A program made the position numbers and the translations under genes. A stretch of DNA of 64,000 bases from Octopus sinensis (taxonomy: Eukaryota): NCBI RefSeq assembly GCF_006345805.1, contig NC_043002.1, positions 23,436,001-23,500,000 of the forward strand. Direction: 5' to 3'. Positions 28,054 through 42,670 of the stretch are shown piece by piece. Position 1 is the first letter of the stretch. Every line of letters starts with the position of its first letter. A model generated the notes under the pieces. It was not told the origin of the DNA, did not search any database, and saw only the letters and a list, made by a program, of their open reading frames with translations.

Positions 28054-29867
28054 CTAGTAGAGATACCCGGCGTTGCCCGTGTCACATGGAATTGAAGAAT
28101 TAGACTTTTCTTTTATATTTTCTCTAATTAACTGGAATACCTGTGATTCGAATTTCATCAAAATTGCAGATTAAGAATTTTAATGGTGGGGTTCTTTCCC
28201 TCTTTACACACCCTAACAAAAATTCTAATCATGACATATTTATCCCATACTACTCCAAATCTTATAAAACTCATTCAAAGGTTTTTGCTCCTGAAAAATG
28301 GAGCACATGAAGCTCAAAAATGTGGGAGTTCTTTGAAATCAAAAATATATGCGTGTTCACTGGGTTTGTGAAAGAGAGCAAAGCTACAGGAAACAAAATA
28401 TGTATGATCACAATAAGCGGTCAGCTACCCTAACCTACTCGTTACTGCTCCTCAATGTAGGATTCTTCACCATACAGGTGATCGGCACAGCCGTAAGATG
28501 CATTACGAGTCTATAGCAATTGGAAGGACATGACCCAACTCAAATAAACATTAACAACTGTGTGATGTGAAGACTAAGGGGAAATGAAAGTGTCAACTCT
28601 GGAATTTGCCAATGATCTCTATACCGATAGATAACTGAACAGAATAAATTAGCAATCTACAAATCTCTTTGAATGATCAATCACTTATTTGGAAAGCCTT
28701 GAAATCAATGTTACCATCTGGGGACTAGATATATCACCATCTGGGGACAGTGATAATAAAAAGACTCAAAGGAGGTCTGCAACCAAATAACTTTACTCAA
28801 AATAACACTTTGCAACATGAATCAGTGGGGGGACAAAGATGCCTCTCCTTTACTTGACAATTTATGCACCACACTGCAGAAATCACAATCTAAGTATATC
28901 TCAAAGCAAACTCTTACACTGTTGTACCATTGAATTACAAATAACGCTCATCTTGTATACTCGGGTGACTCTACAGCTTCCAAGACTACAATTGTATTCG
29001 TCTTGGTTTAGGAAAAATGACTAAATTGTGGGAGTTAAGGGGTCTTACTAACCCCCTAAGAAGTTGAAATTTTAGGAATATTACTTTATTTATGTCTAAT
29101 ATCTATGGTTAAAATTTCAACAGCAGCAAAAATATATGAATTTTCATGGGGGTTATGGCTTCATTTATGTCCTGTCACTATCAAACATAAACTGCATTAC
29201 ATCCGCCCTTGTGCATAGAAAATAATTTTCAAATTTCATAAAGATCCATTCAGTGCTTTTAACCTTGTTTTTAGATCATTAAAAAATGACTAAAATTTGG
29301 GAGTTAAAACCCATTAGGGGGTCTTGGAATCCTCATGAAAAGCAGAAACTTTGGGAATACTTCTTGATTTGTGTCGAATTACCTATAGTTGAAATTTCAT
29401 CAACATCGGAAATTTATGAATTTTCATGTGGGGTTCTGCCCCCTTTAAGCCCCCTCAAATTCAAACCAAATATGCTGCATTATGCCCGCCCTTATGCATT
29501 GAATCTAAGTTCCAAATATCATAAGGATCCATTCAGTAATTTTGGTCCATGTAAAATGACTAAAATTTGGGAGTTAAGCCCCTATTAGGGGGTCTCATAA
29601 TCATCCAAAGAAATGGAAATTTTGGGTATATTTTTTAATTTATTTCTAATACATATGGTTCAAGTTTCATCAAAATCCGAAGCATATGGATTTTCACGGG
29701 GGCTTCTCCCCGCCCCCTTTATGCTCCCTTCAAAATTGTATGAAACATACACGGCATTACCCTTCTCCCTAGTCTTGGATTTTGTGTTCTAAATTTCATT
29801 AGGACCGGTCCAGTCGTTTTCTAGTCTAGAAGTAACACCCACAGAAAATATATATCGGATCTGTATG

Positions 29868-29872
<5 letters not shown>
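28054..29872 (-). mobile_element. Non-autonomous Helitron-like element with internal diverged repeats of about 270 bp
   Basis: The - strand 3' end ACGGGCAACGCCGGGT...CTAG|T resembles that of 972-1362; AAAATGACTAAAATTTGGGAGTTAA recurs at about 29015, 29283 and 29553; inserted in (TA)n. Confidence 0.65.
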
Positions 29873-29959
<87 letters not shown>

Positions 29960-31115
29960 TGCTTAGAGAGATCCTTTTTTTATTTTTATTTGTAGCAACA
30001 TACAAAAGTGACACAAGAGCCCACGCCACGAATTTTCACTCTTTGAGCAACTTTTGAAACTTTGCAATAAATTATATTTTGTTCTATCAAACTTTATATA
30101 CATACATACATACATACATACATACATACATACATACATACATACATACATACATACATACATACATAATCACGCATTGCACCAGGAGAGTCCAGTAATT
30201 AGAATGACATTTTGCAAGGTAAGTATAAAAACCAACATCCGTTGTACGACTTTTATCTTGAATGTAAAACCGAAAGAACTAGTTAATTGTATTGTTTCAA
30301 TTTTTCCCATAATCTGCTTATCTACATTTCGATGTCTTTGAGCGTCTTCAGCACAGTCAAATAATTAGGTTTTACAGAATAATGTGCGAAGGTGCGAAGG
30401 ATGAAACAGAGACGCGAATTCAGTCACATGCCTCCATTTACTCTTTGTCTGTCCTACGTATCACATATGATACACAAGATATTTTTCCTCAACCTCCATG
30501 TTTCATATATGATAAACATTTCCTCCATTTATCCTTTGTTTGTTCTATATATCCCATATGATACACAGGATATATTTCCCCGACGTCCATGTATCATATA
30601 TGAAAAATATTTCCGGTTTTTTTTTTTTTTTTCAACTACTGAAGTAACTGGGAACTTATGAAAGGAAAGTTTTATGTTGCTGTGTATGAAACAGGAGCTA
30701 ACTAAAATTCTGAAAACAAGCCTGGACGTTTAAAACAAACTTATGAAAATGCTTCGGTTAGGCAAAGATTTTAATCTGAACTGTAAAGAGCATTTCGCTG
30801 TCAGCCGAAAATGGAGTCCGGCTATGTGGTAAAATATTTCTACTCCACAACAAATGATGATCTCATTCTCATGCATCAAATCATCGCCAGTTTCAATAAC
30901 CTCCCGGTGAAACACATTTAAATGTTATAGAACGCGTTCGGAGTCATGGATGAAGGTATATATAAACTTTGAAAAATTTTGTTTAACATTCACAAATTAT
31001 ATAAATATAGTTGTACATAAGCAGTACGGATGAGAAATAAATATATCGAGACATGCCTCCACATAGACGCTGGATAACAAAGAAATATGAGTATAGAATG
31101 TTTGAACTCGATTTC

Positions 31116-31215
31116 NNNNNNNNNNNNNNNNNNNNNNNNNNNNNNNNNNNNNNNNNNNNNNNNNNNNNNNNNNNNNNNNNNNNNNNNNNNNNNNNNNNNN
31201 NNNNNNNNNNNNNNN
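31116..31215. other. Assembly gap (100 N)
   Basis: Run of n. Confidence 1.
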
Positions 31216-31379
31216 TCGTGAAGTAGAGTCAGTAGGTCCAGTGGTGATCTGGGTGGGGTGCTGGTTTTTAGATGAGGAGAGGTACTGAAAGTTCGAGAAG
31301 TGGTTCAGAAATGCAATTCCAAAGCGTAGGAAGTTCAGGCAGGATCAAACTGGTGTAACCACGTGAACGTATAATATAT

Positions 31380-31555
31380 AATTGAAATTTATAGATAAAC
31401 AAAAGACGAAGACAGCTGTATGAACAACATGCAAACGTATTAGTTTGACGCTCGGGGAAAATGGAAAAGTCTTTTGCGTTTCGAGCCTACGCTCTTCAGT
31501 AGAAAGGAATAAGAAAAAATAAACAGAGAATGAAAAAAAAACTTGTATATATATA
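31380..31555 (-). mobile_element. Relative of the 6305-6510 element with a degenerate hammerhead core
   Basis: - strand ttt-CTACTGA-a-gagc(gtag)gctc-GAAAC-GCA-aaa followed by GAGCGTC as in the 6.4-kb copy; flanked by (TA)n. Confidence 0.5.
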
Positions 31556-31755
31556 GATATATATATATATATATCACGTGATCACGTGACCGACCAGACC
31601 ATCAGATGTTGTTACACACGCTGGTCACAATGCGTTCGCATTGTTTTAGCCTTCGAATGACGCCAACCTCTGGCTAAGCGAGCAGGCCACAGAAGAAAGA
31701 GTGGTGAAAGAGTACAGCAGGTGTAAATATATATATATATAATATAATATATATA

Positions 31756-31817
<62 letters not shown>

Positions 31818-32287
31818 ACTCTATCTGCCCAGCTGTCTATTTTGAAATTGGAAATTTGAAAGTTGCACAAAGCGTTACACTAAGTTTCTTGTTTATAATT
31901 TTCGGACAATTGTTATGAACAGAACAAAGATCACAAGTATATAGTAGAACATGCAGAAAATTTTCGAATATCATAAGGAATTTCATTGGGTGTTGAAAAG
32001 CGTTGGAACTTACTCCATAACATAAATCGACAGTTATTGAAAAGATTAAAATGAAAGGAGAAATAAAGAACGGAATGGAGGAAAATAAAAATTATGAATA
32101 GGAAAATATTAAATTGATGTATAAGTTTCGTGTATAGAATAAAGGCGTGTGGCTGACAGTACACATAATTTACAAGGCTCAACAGGACCGAAATACATCT
32201 ACTGTTCTCACTAGCGACTGCAGGGACAGTTTTTTGTCTCTCTTCTGATATACTGATATATATATATATATATAATATATATGATAT

Positions 32288-32338
<51 letters not shown>

Positions 32339-32494
32339 ATAATTTCCTAGAAGGTACTGGAATATCATTGAATTATATATATATATTTTGTTTTTACCAC
32401 AGTAAGTCTATGGAAGATTTTATCTCGAAAATAGCTTGCTTGTCAATAAGCAAAAGTAGCTTACCTGTCAATAGTATGATAGTTGTGTGTGTGT

Positions 32495-32530
<36 letters not shown>

Positions 32531-32819
32531 CGTGTGTGTATGTGCCACAAGATCCAGTCTTTATTGCAGTGTGGAAGCTTGTGTGCCTTGATGAAGCTGA
32601 GAGCTCTAGCAGCAGAGCGCAAGCTCTTGATATGGCCTGCCATGCTGGACAGGGTAAAGGATAAAGACCAGACGAGTATAGACAATCTCTTCCCTGAGGT
32701 AAAAATGGGTTTGCGTAAGGTCAATAGCCCTACCTGGAAGCAATCAAAGTTACAGAAGTATCGATGACAATTCAAACTCAATAAGACCTGGGAAGACACA
32801 GTCAAGAACAGAGGAACTT

Positions 32820-33200
32820 CCAATGCCTTTAAGGAAAGGTTTGACGCAATTCCATGATGTAAACCCTTGTTTTCAGATCATAAAGATATGCTCACGTTTC
32901 ATTCCCTGTCACAAGATCAGGAGCGGGGCGGAGAGAATGTGTTTTCACTGGCTTCAAACGCTTCCAGCAGATCCGAGCAGACTTGCAACCCTCTCTCTTT
33001 CAAATCGGATTCCAACTACCCAGCTGCTTACTTTGCACACACTTTCAGATATCAAACGTCTTCCGCCATCTTCTGTAATCTATTACGATCGCATTACGGT
33101 CGTGCCGCACGAAACAATTCAAACACTTGCTGGCGATTCGTACCAGTGGGAACCATCGCAGGTGATGGTTCCCATGTGGCTAGAACATATTCATTGAGCC
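32820..33200 (-). mobile_element. Mariner transposase remnant
   Basis: Frameshifted - strand peptides KVC..SWV, RLQVCSDLLEAFE..ENTF and LVTGNET*AYLYDLKT resemble mariner 'KV.ARWVP' and 'IVTGDETW.Y.YDPETK'. Confidence 0.55.
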
Positions 33201-33872
33201 ACACTCATTTTGTCTCCCGCCGTTCATTTAATCTACTGGAAGACAACAATTTTATCTCCTTCCTCATAACTGTCTTAAAACCTCTCAACCGTATCCAACA
33301 CACAACTACCTTTACTTGTATACCAGCAGTGGAAGACAGGGTCTAAAAATATTGGTTGCCAGGAGACTAAGGGAGCCCACCCGCAACTACAATGCTACCA
33401 TTTAATTTGTTTGTTTGTTTGTTTGTTTGTTTGTTTTTTTTTTTTTGGGGGGGGGGGGCTTTTTGTTAAAAGTATTCTTTTCAACTGTCTACAAACACAA
33501 CCAGGCTGAAATAATTAATGTATTCTTCCAGGAGTGAATGAAAAATTCTCAAACTTGTGGGGATGGGCCCCTTAGATACTTATATGGGCCCCCGGCGCTA
33601 ATGCAGTTTCGCACCTCTCCTTGAAAAATGTATTTGTTTGAAAATTTTTTTCAGTTTCCTACGTTTGAGATGTCGGAGACTACGAATATGCAAAAAAAAA
33701 AATTTAGCAATGATTAGACAAGTCACTAAAACAGTCACTAAAAATACGAAAAAACATTTTGACTCAACCTGATAGAAGGCTTTTGACAATATTCACCGCA
33801 CTGGAATCATGAAAACATTAAATGTGAGTAAAGTAACACTAGTAAATGAGTAAATGGTTAACTGCTTTAAAG

Positions 33873-34101
33873 GGCGGCGAGCTGGCAGAAGCGTTAGCAC
33901 GCCGGCGAAATGCTTAGCGGTATTTCGTCTGCGTTACGTTGTGAGTTCAAATTCCGTCGAGGTCGAATTTGCCTTTCATCCTTTCGGGGTCGATAAATTA
34001 AGTACCAGTTACGAACTGGGGTCGATGTAATCGACTTAATACCTATGTCTGTCCTTGTTTGTTCCCTCTGTGTTTAGCCCCTTGTGGGTAATAAAGAAAT
34101 A
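33873..34101 (+). mobile_element. SINE family A
   Basis: Near-consensus copy with CpGs retained. Confidence 0.85.
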
Positions 34102-35486
34102 GGTTAAGTTTTACGGATACAGACAAAAGAAGGAATTACACAAAAAAAAGCTTATCTCTATTAGAAGGGGAATATTTCAAGAGCTTTCTCTTTCTCTCTC
34201 TCCCTCCCCTCTCTTTCTCTCTCTCCCCCCATTCCTTTTTTTTTTTTTTTTTTGCTTGGTGTCAATACCTTTAATGACATACTAAATTAGACTGGAATCG
34301 GATACAAATGCTTCCAGAAGGCAATCAACTATCTAACGACGTCAAGTTATAAACCGCAGACGATAACTTGTGCAATGATTTTTCTCTACCACTTTGTCTA
34401 GTTTTGTTCAGCTATTTGGCCATGGCTGGGTCTCTTTTGCCATAGCTTTAGCATGGTATTCTGTACCTCCAATTTCAACTTAAATTGGAGCTTTTCCACA
34501 TTTTTGTTTGTTTTTGTTTTTTGTCATTTTTTTTCTTTTCTTTGTTTTGTTTTGTTTTTTTTTTTGGGGGTTTTTTATCCTTTCTCCTTACAAATGTCAA
34601 TTTCTTTTGTCTCTGCTTTGTATTTGATGGCTTCCTTGAAGACATCATGTGTAGGTGTACACTGGAGAAACACAGTGTGTAAATGATAGATGGATAAGCA
34701 CAATGTGGAGATATTAACTGGATTCACTTATTGGGAAGATATCTGTTCCTACTTCACAAAAAATATCGGCAGGTGTTTATGAAATATTCTACATATCATT
34801 CGTTCTCTTGACAGAAAACTGATTTTAAGAGAAATACAATCGCATAGAGTCAAATAAATAAATAAATAAATAAAACTGTGATATATTGAGACATTTTTCC
34901 CCTTTTCGCTGCTTTCACACCATCCAATTCTATTATTATGAATCTGAATAGGGAGCTTGAGTCATAGTGAATTCTTCATTAGCTGATTACCCAACCATGG
35001 AGACCACCCTTATGGATGCATTGTAGTTATTCTCTTGGTAGATCTCGGTGATCCTGATTGTCGATCTTCTAGGATTCCTCCATTAAGCATCAAAGTAAGA
35101 AGCACCTTTGGCACAGCTGAACTCTTCTACTACCTCTTCACAATCTGCCATACTGCAGTCCCATGACTTTGTCGTGTCCTTGGCAAGGTGGCTGAACGGG
35201 TGCTATGCCTTGCCAAAGGGCGTCACTCCGTGAGGTGTTTTCAAAATACTCGTATGCCCTATTGTGACATATAAAATGTCTTAAATATACGCTGATATAC
35301 CTTCTACAACTGTTGGTTTCTAGAAACAAAGTAGCCTAAAAAGAAAAAAGTAAAAAAAAACGTGAAAGGGATAACTGGAACCAATATAAGGCCAACGATG
35401 ATTTAACAATATTACGCAGGAAGATAGAAAATCTCGAGGTGAATGAGCCAGATATAAAACACTTTGAGAGTGACAGAATCTTAATT

Positions 35487-35911
35487 CTTATTTCTTTATT
35501 GCCCACAACGAGCTAAACATAGAGGGGACAAACAAGGACAGACAAACGGATTAAGTCGATTACATCGACCCCAGTGCTTAACTGCTACTTAATTTATCGA
35601 CCCCGAAAGGATGAAAGGCAAAGTCGACCTCGGCGGAATTTGAACTCGGAACGTAACGGCAAACGAAATACCTATTTCTATTTCTTTACTACCCACAAGG
35701 GGCTAAACATAGAGGGGACAAACAAGGATAGACAAAAGGATTAAGTCGATTACATCGACCCCAGTGCGTAACTGCTACTTAATTTATCGACTCCCAAAAG
35801 ATTAAAGGCAAAATTGACCTCGGCGGAATTTGAACTCAGAACGTAGCGGCAGACGAAATACCGCTAAGCATTTCACCCGGCGTGCTAACGTTTCTGCCAG
35901 CTCGCCGCCTT
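35487..35911 (-). mobile_element. SINE family A, dimeric, with TSD
   Basis: Reverse complement of the family A dimer; AATCTTAATTCT is duplicated on both sides. Confidence 0.85.
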
Positions 35912-36596
35912 CAAAATCTTAATTCTGTCTAGAAGAACGGTAGATTAAGCTCATTAGCAGCTATAGAACGACTTGTCTGCACTGTCTTAGTATCTTGTGG
36001 AGAATCTATGAAGATAAAGGCTGAGAAAAAAAGCAAGCTGTAACAGTTAACTTTAAGGCGGCTTGAGACATATTGGACTTCCAGCAACCTCCTGCAGCCG
36101 GGAGGAGGTACAATTCATCTTGGATCACATTTATCTCCTTCACAGGCAACGATGAGAGTTGATAAAATAATACGGGTTGATAATCTAAAGTAAAAAATCT
36201 CCGTTAAAAACCTTAAACCTTTCGATATCAACGCGCTTGAAACCGCCTATTGTTCTAAGAGGCAAACTTCTTATTACAAAGTGATCTACGTACATTAAAG
36301 AGTCAATCAAAATTTCCCGCTAATTTATGTTCCAAACACCATTTTAATAATCCTAAATTATCCTTAATAATTCTACTATAGGCACAACGCCTAAAATGTT
36401 GGAGAAGACGGTTAGTCGATTACACCCATCCCAGTGTTTCACTGATTGTATCGACCCTGAAAGAATGAAAGACAAAGTCGACCTCGACGAAATTTGAGAA
36501 ACACCATCTTAATAATAACAAAGTTATTTTACGAAATTCTTCTTTATTTTCAAAATTAATTGAAACAATGGCAGTGTATGCCAACAGAAACATGGT

Positions 36597-37480
36597 AACG
36601 AGCTGGCAGAAACGTTAGCACGCCGGGCGAAATGCTTAGCAGTATTTCGTCTGCCGTTACGTTCTGAGTTCAAATTCCGCCGAGGTCGACTTTGCCTTTC
36701 ATCCTTTCGGGGTCGATTAAATAAGTACCAGTTACGCACTGGGGTCGATGTAATTGACTTAATCCGTTTGTCTATCCTTGTGTGTCCCCTCTACGTTTAG
36801 CCCCTTGTGGGCAATAAAGAAATAAGAAACGTTAACGCGACGAGCGAAATGCTTAGCAGTATTTCGTCTGCCGTTACGTTCTGAGTTCAAATTCCGCCGA
36901 GGTCGACTTTGCCTTTCATCCTTTCGGGGTCGATTAATTAAGTACCAGTTACACACTGGGGTCGATGTAATTGACTTAATCCGTTTGTCTGTCCTTGTGT
37001 GTCCCCTCTACGTTTAGCCCCTTGTGGGCAATAAAGAAATAAGAAACGTTAACGCGACGAGCGAAATGCTTAGCAGTATTTCGTCTGCCGCTACGTTCTG
37101 AGTTCAAATTCCCCCGAGGTCGACTTTGCCTTTCATCCTTTCGGGGTCGATAAATTAAGTACAAGTTACGCACTAGGGTCGATGTAATTGACTTAATCCG
37201 TTTGTCTATCCTTGTGTGTCCCCTCTACGTTTAGCCCCTTGTAAGCAATAAAGAAATAAGAAACGTTAACGCGACGAGCGAAATGCTGAACGGTATTTCG
37301 TTTGCCGTTACGTTCTGAGTTCAAATTCCGCCGAGGTCGACTATGCCTTTCATCCTTTCGGGGTCGATAAATTAAGTACCAGTTACGAACTGGGATCGAT
37401 GTAATCGACTTAATCCGTTTGTCTGTCCTTGTTTGTCTTCTCTATGTTTAGCCCCTTGTAAGCAGTAAAGAAATAAGAAA
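36597..37480 (+). repeat. Tandem array of four SINE family A units of about 217 bp
   Basis: The unit AGAAACGTTA...AAAGAAATAA repeats four times; ORF track entries recur 217 nt apart. Confidence 0.9.
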
Positions 37481-38362
37481 CATTGTAACGAAAAGGATAA
37501 AGACAATCCAGTTTAATCGTTAGATTTATTATATTCCTACAATAAGCATTGCTACTACGTCTTCAACTTGAGTTCAAAACACACCCTCTTCCTTCAGTCC
37601 TTCAAGGGATCGATAAAATTAGATAACAATGACATTTCGAGATTGATTCAATCGACAATATTCTTTTCTGAATGCAGTGTTGTTTCCTGTCCAGGTCAAA
37701 AGAAAACTATAGATTTAGGTCACTGAATATACAATTTCATTAATGAAACATCTAAAACAACTTAACATGAAACCAGATAAACCTGTTATCGAGAAATATA
37801 AAAAAAGAAAAAACATTGATGACACGACGATGACATTGTCAATATAGACAAATAGGAAAAAAAACGGGTATACTACCCCGTGCAGCACGTTGGGATTGTC
37901 AATGATAGCGAGAGTGATGCGGTAGGATCTTAGTGCCAGATTTTGTTGTTGTTGTTGTTGTTGTTTAAGCCGTTAGGTGAATGGCTTGGCGCAGGTGTTG
38001 CTGTGTAATAGGACGTTTGCTTCCCATCCACATGGATCCGGGTTCTTTTTCACTGCGTGGAACTTTGGGGCTGGTGACCAAAGCCTTGTGAGTGGGTTTG
38101 ATAGACGGAAACTGAAAGAAGCCCGTCGTATATATGTATGTGCGTGTCTGTATATATCTATGCCTGTGTCATTGTATAAGTGTTTGTCTCCACCACCACT
38201 ACTTGACAATCGGTGTTGGTGTGTTTGCGTCCACGTAACGTAGCGGTTTGGCGAAGGAAACCGATAGAAAAAGTACTGGGTCGATTTATTGCACTAAATC
38301 TTTCAAGACGGTGCCCCAGCGTGGCTGCAGTCTAATGACTGAAACAAGCAGAAAGTAAAAGA

Positions 38363-38860
38363 TACATACATACAAACATACATACATACATACATACAAA
38401 CATACATACATGCATGTATACGTACATACAAATATACATGCACGCATGCATGCATGCATACATACATACATATATACATACATACATACAAATATACATG
38501 CACGCATGCATACATACATGCATACATACATGCATGCATACATACATACATGCATACATACATACATTCATACATACATGCATGCATATATACATACAAA
38601 CATGCATGCATACATACATACATGCATACATACATACATACATTCATACATACATGCATGCATGCATATATACATACATACAAACATACATACATACATA
38701 CATACATACATACACACACACATACATACATACATACATGCATGCATATATACATACATACAAACATACACACATACACATACATACATACATACATACA
38801 TACATACATACATACATACATACATACATACATACATACATACGTACATACATACATACA
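38363..38860. repeat. Degenerate (CATA)n/(CATG)n microsatellite
   Basis: Read directly. Confidence 0.95.
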
Positions 38861-38987
38861 AACAGAGGTAGGTATGCGTGCGTACGTACGTGCATGCGTG
38901 TGTTCAGTTCAAAATTCTACAAAAAACAAATACGGAAGACAGGAACAGGTAAGGGAACGACAACATGTATTAGTTTCATGATCAGTT

Positions 38988-40601
38988 GATGGGTGGATGG
39001 ATGGATGGGTGGGTGGGTGGATGGGTGGGTGGGTGGATGGGGGGGTGGGGGATGGGTGGTGGGGGAGGGATAGATCGATGGATGGATGGATGGATGGGTG
39101 GATGGATGGGTGTATGGATGGATGGATGGATGGATGGATGGGTGGATGGATGAATGGATAGATGGATGGATAGGTGGATGGATGGATTGTTGGATGGGTG
39201 GGTGGGTGGGTGGGTGGATCGATGGATCGATGGATGGATGGATATGTGGATGGATGGATGGATGGGTGGATGGATGGATGGATGGATGGGTGGGTAGATG
39301 GATGGATGGATGGATGGATGGATGGGTGGGTGGATGGATGGATGGATGGATGGATGGATGGATGGATGGATGGGTGGATGGGTGGTGTGGATGAATGGGT
39401 GGATGGATGGATGGATGGATGAATGGATGGGTGGATGAATTGATGGATGGGTGGATGAATGGGTGGATGGATGGATGGATGGGTGGGTGAGTGGATGGAT
39501 GGATGGATGGTTGGGTGGTTGGGTGGATGGATGGGTGGATGGATGGATGGGTGGATGGGTGGATGGATGGATGGGTGGATGGATGGATGGATGGATGGGT
39601 GGGTGGATGGATGGGTGGATGGGTGGATGGATGAATGGGTGGATGGATGGATGAGTGGATGGATGGATGGATGGATGAATGGATGAATGGGTGGATGGAT
39701 TGATGGAGGGGTAGATGAATGGGTGGATGGATGGATGGATGGATGGATGGATGGATGGGTGGATGGATGGTTGGATGGATGGGTGGATGGATGGATGGAT
39801 CGATGGGTGGATGGAAGGATGGATGGATGGATGAGTGGATGGGTGGGTGGAGGGGTGGGTGGATGGATGGATGGGTGGATGGATGGATGGGTGGATGGGT
39901 AGATGGGTGGGTGGATGGATGGTGGATGGGTGGGTGGATGGATGAATGGGTGGATGGATGGATGGGTGGATGGATGGATGGATGGATGGATGAATGGGTG
40001 GATAGATGGATGGATGGGTGGATGGGTGGATGGATGGATGGATGGATGGGTGGATGGATGGATGAATGGGTGGATGGATGGATGGATGGATGGATGAATG
40101 GGTGGATGGATGTGGATGGATGGATGAATAGGTGGATAGATGGATGGATGGATGGATGAATGGGTGGATGGATGGATGGATGGATGGATGGATGGATGGA
40201 TGGATGGATGGGTGGATGGATTGATGGATGGATGGATGGATGGATGGGTGAATGGATAGATTGATGGGTGGGTGGATGGATGGATGGATGAATGGGTGGG
40301 TGGGTGGATCGATGGGTGGATGGATGGATGGGTGGATGGATGGATGGGTGGGTGGATGGATGGGTGGGTGGATGGATGGGTGGATGGATTGATGGATGGA
40401 TGGATGAATGGGTGGATGGGTGGATGGATGGGTGGATGGGTGGATGGATGGATGGATGGATGGATGGATAAATGGGTGGATGGATGGATGGATGGATGGA
40501 TGGGTGGATGGATGGATGGATGGATGGGTGGATGGATGGATGGGTGGATGATGGATGGGTGGTTGGATGGATGGATGGATGGATGATGGATGGATGGATG
40601 G

Positions 40602-40632
<31 letters not shown>

Positions 40633-42188
40633 GTGGATGGATGGATGGGTGGGTGGATGGATGGATGGATGGATTGATGGGTGGGTGGATGGATGGATGG
40701 ATGGATGCATGGGTGGATGGATGGGTGGGTGGTTTGATGGGTAGGAGGGTGGGCGGGTGGATAGATGGATGGATGGATGGATGGATGGGTGGATGGATGG
40801 ATGGATGGATGGATGGATGGATGAATGTGTGGATGAATGGGTGGGTGGATGGATGGATGGATGGATGAGTGGATGGATGGATGGATGGATGGGTGGATGG
40901 GTGTGTGGATGGATGGATGGATGGATGGATGGGTGGATGGATGGATGGATGGATGGATGGGTGGATGGATTATTGGGTGGATGGATGGATGGATGGGTGG
41001 ATGGATGGATGGATGGGTGGGTGGGTGGATGGGTGGGTGGGTGGATGGGTGGGTGGGTGGATGGATGGATGGATGGATGGAAGGATGGGTGGGTGGTTGG
41101 ATGGATTGACCGATGGATGGGTGGATTGATGGATGGGTGGGTGGTTGGATGGATGGATTGACCGATGGATGGGTGGATTGATGGATGGATGGATGGATGG
41201 GTGGATGGATGGATGGATGGATGGATGGATGGATGTGTGGATGGATGGATGGGTGGATGGATGGATGGATGGATGGGTGGATGGATGGGTGGATGGATGG
41301 ATGGGTGGATGGATTGATGGATGGGTGGATGAATGGGTGAATGGATGGATGGATGGGTGGGTTGGTGGATGGATGGATGGATGAATGGGTGGATGGATGG
41401 ATGGATGGATGGATTGATGGGTGGAGGATGGATGGGTGGATGGATGGATGGATGGATGGGTGGATGGATGGGTGGATGGGTGGGTGGGTGGTCGGGTGGT
41501 TGGATGGATGGATGGATGGGTGGATGTGTGGATGGATGGATGGATGGATGGATGGATGAATGGGTGGATTGATAGATGGATGGGTGGATGGATGGGTGGA
41601 TGGATTGATGGGTGGATGGATGGATGGATGGATGGATGGATAGATGAATGGTGGGTAGATGGATGGGTGGATGGATGGATGGATGGATGGATGGGTGGAT
41701 GGATGGATGGATGGGTGGTTGGATGGATGGATGGGTGGATGGACGGATGGATGGATGGGTGGATGGATGGATGGATTGATGGATGGATGGATGGGTGGAT
41801 GGATGGATGGATGGATGGATGTGTGAATGGATGGATGGATGGTTTGATGGATGGATGGGTGGATGGATCGATGGATGGATGGATCGATGGATCGATGGGT
41901 GGGTGGATGGATGGATGGATGGTGGATGGATCGATGGATCGATGGATTGATGGGTGGATGGGTGGATGGATGGATGGATGGGTGGGTGGATGGATTGATG
42001 GATTGATGGGTGTTGGGTGGATGGATGGATGGATTTTGGGTGGATAGATTGATGGATGATGGATTGATGGATGGGTGGATCGATTGATGGATGGGTGGGT
42101 GGATGGATGGATGGATGGGTGGGTGGGTGGTTTGATGGGTAGGTGGGTGGGTGGATAGATGGATGGATGGATGGATGGATGGATGGAT
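38988..42188. repeat. About 3.2-kb degenerate (GGAT)n/(GGGT)n satellite
   Basis: Read directly; generates the spurious 1096-aa HPSI ORF. Confidence 0.97.
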
Positions 42189-42339
42189 ATGAAAAGGTTA
42201 GATCCAAGGATGAAGGTGTACAAGGTTAGTGAGCTTGAAGCAATCTGTAGAAGATATAAAAAAACAACGTTCAGGAACACTAGTAGTTTATCGACGCAGA
42301 AAGTTAACTGTATAGTTCACGGTTAGCAACAGGGTTGTC

Positions 42340-42609
42340 GTACAGTTCTGTATTTAAGAGATGAGGAATGATGTACATTATTTGCATCCTCGGATATTTG
42401 TCCTCATGATGTTTGTTGTTAACACAACGTTTCGGCTGATATACCCTCCAGCCTTCTTCAGGTGTCTTGGGGGAATTTCGAACCTGGGTTCTCATTCCCC
42501 TACGCCATATACTCGTGGGCATATGGCGTAGTGGTTAAGAGCGCGGGATACTAACTCCTAGATTCCGAGTTCGATTCCAAGCAGTGACCTGAACAATAAT
42601 AATAATAAT

Positions 42610-42670
<61 letters not shown>

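Noticed and set aside
33147-33176. Short hairpin TGGGAACCATC...GATGGTTCCCA as a terminator
   Set aside because: Eukaryotic DNA, no U-tract, and it lies within a mariner remnant.
36524-37480. Repeated 65-71 aa ORFs, or a CRISPR-like array
   Set aside because: Tandem SINE units with no unique spacers; eukaryotic context.
38917-42280. 1096-aa and 436-aa His/Pro/Ser/Ile ORFs and the MDGW ORFs
   Set aside because: Translations of the (GGAT)n satellite, which lacks stops in some frames.
42518-42590. Functional tRNA gene
   Set aside because: A and B boxes are present but there is no proper acceptor stem; it is a SINE-type head.
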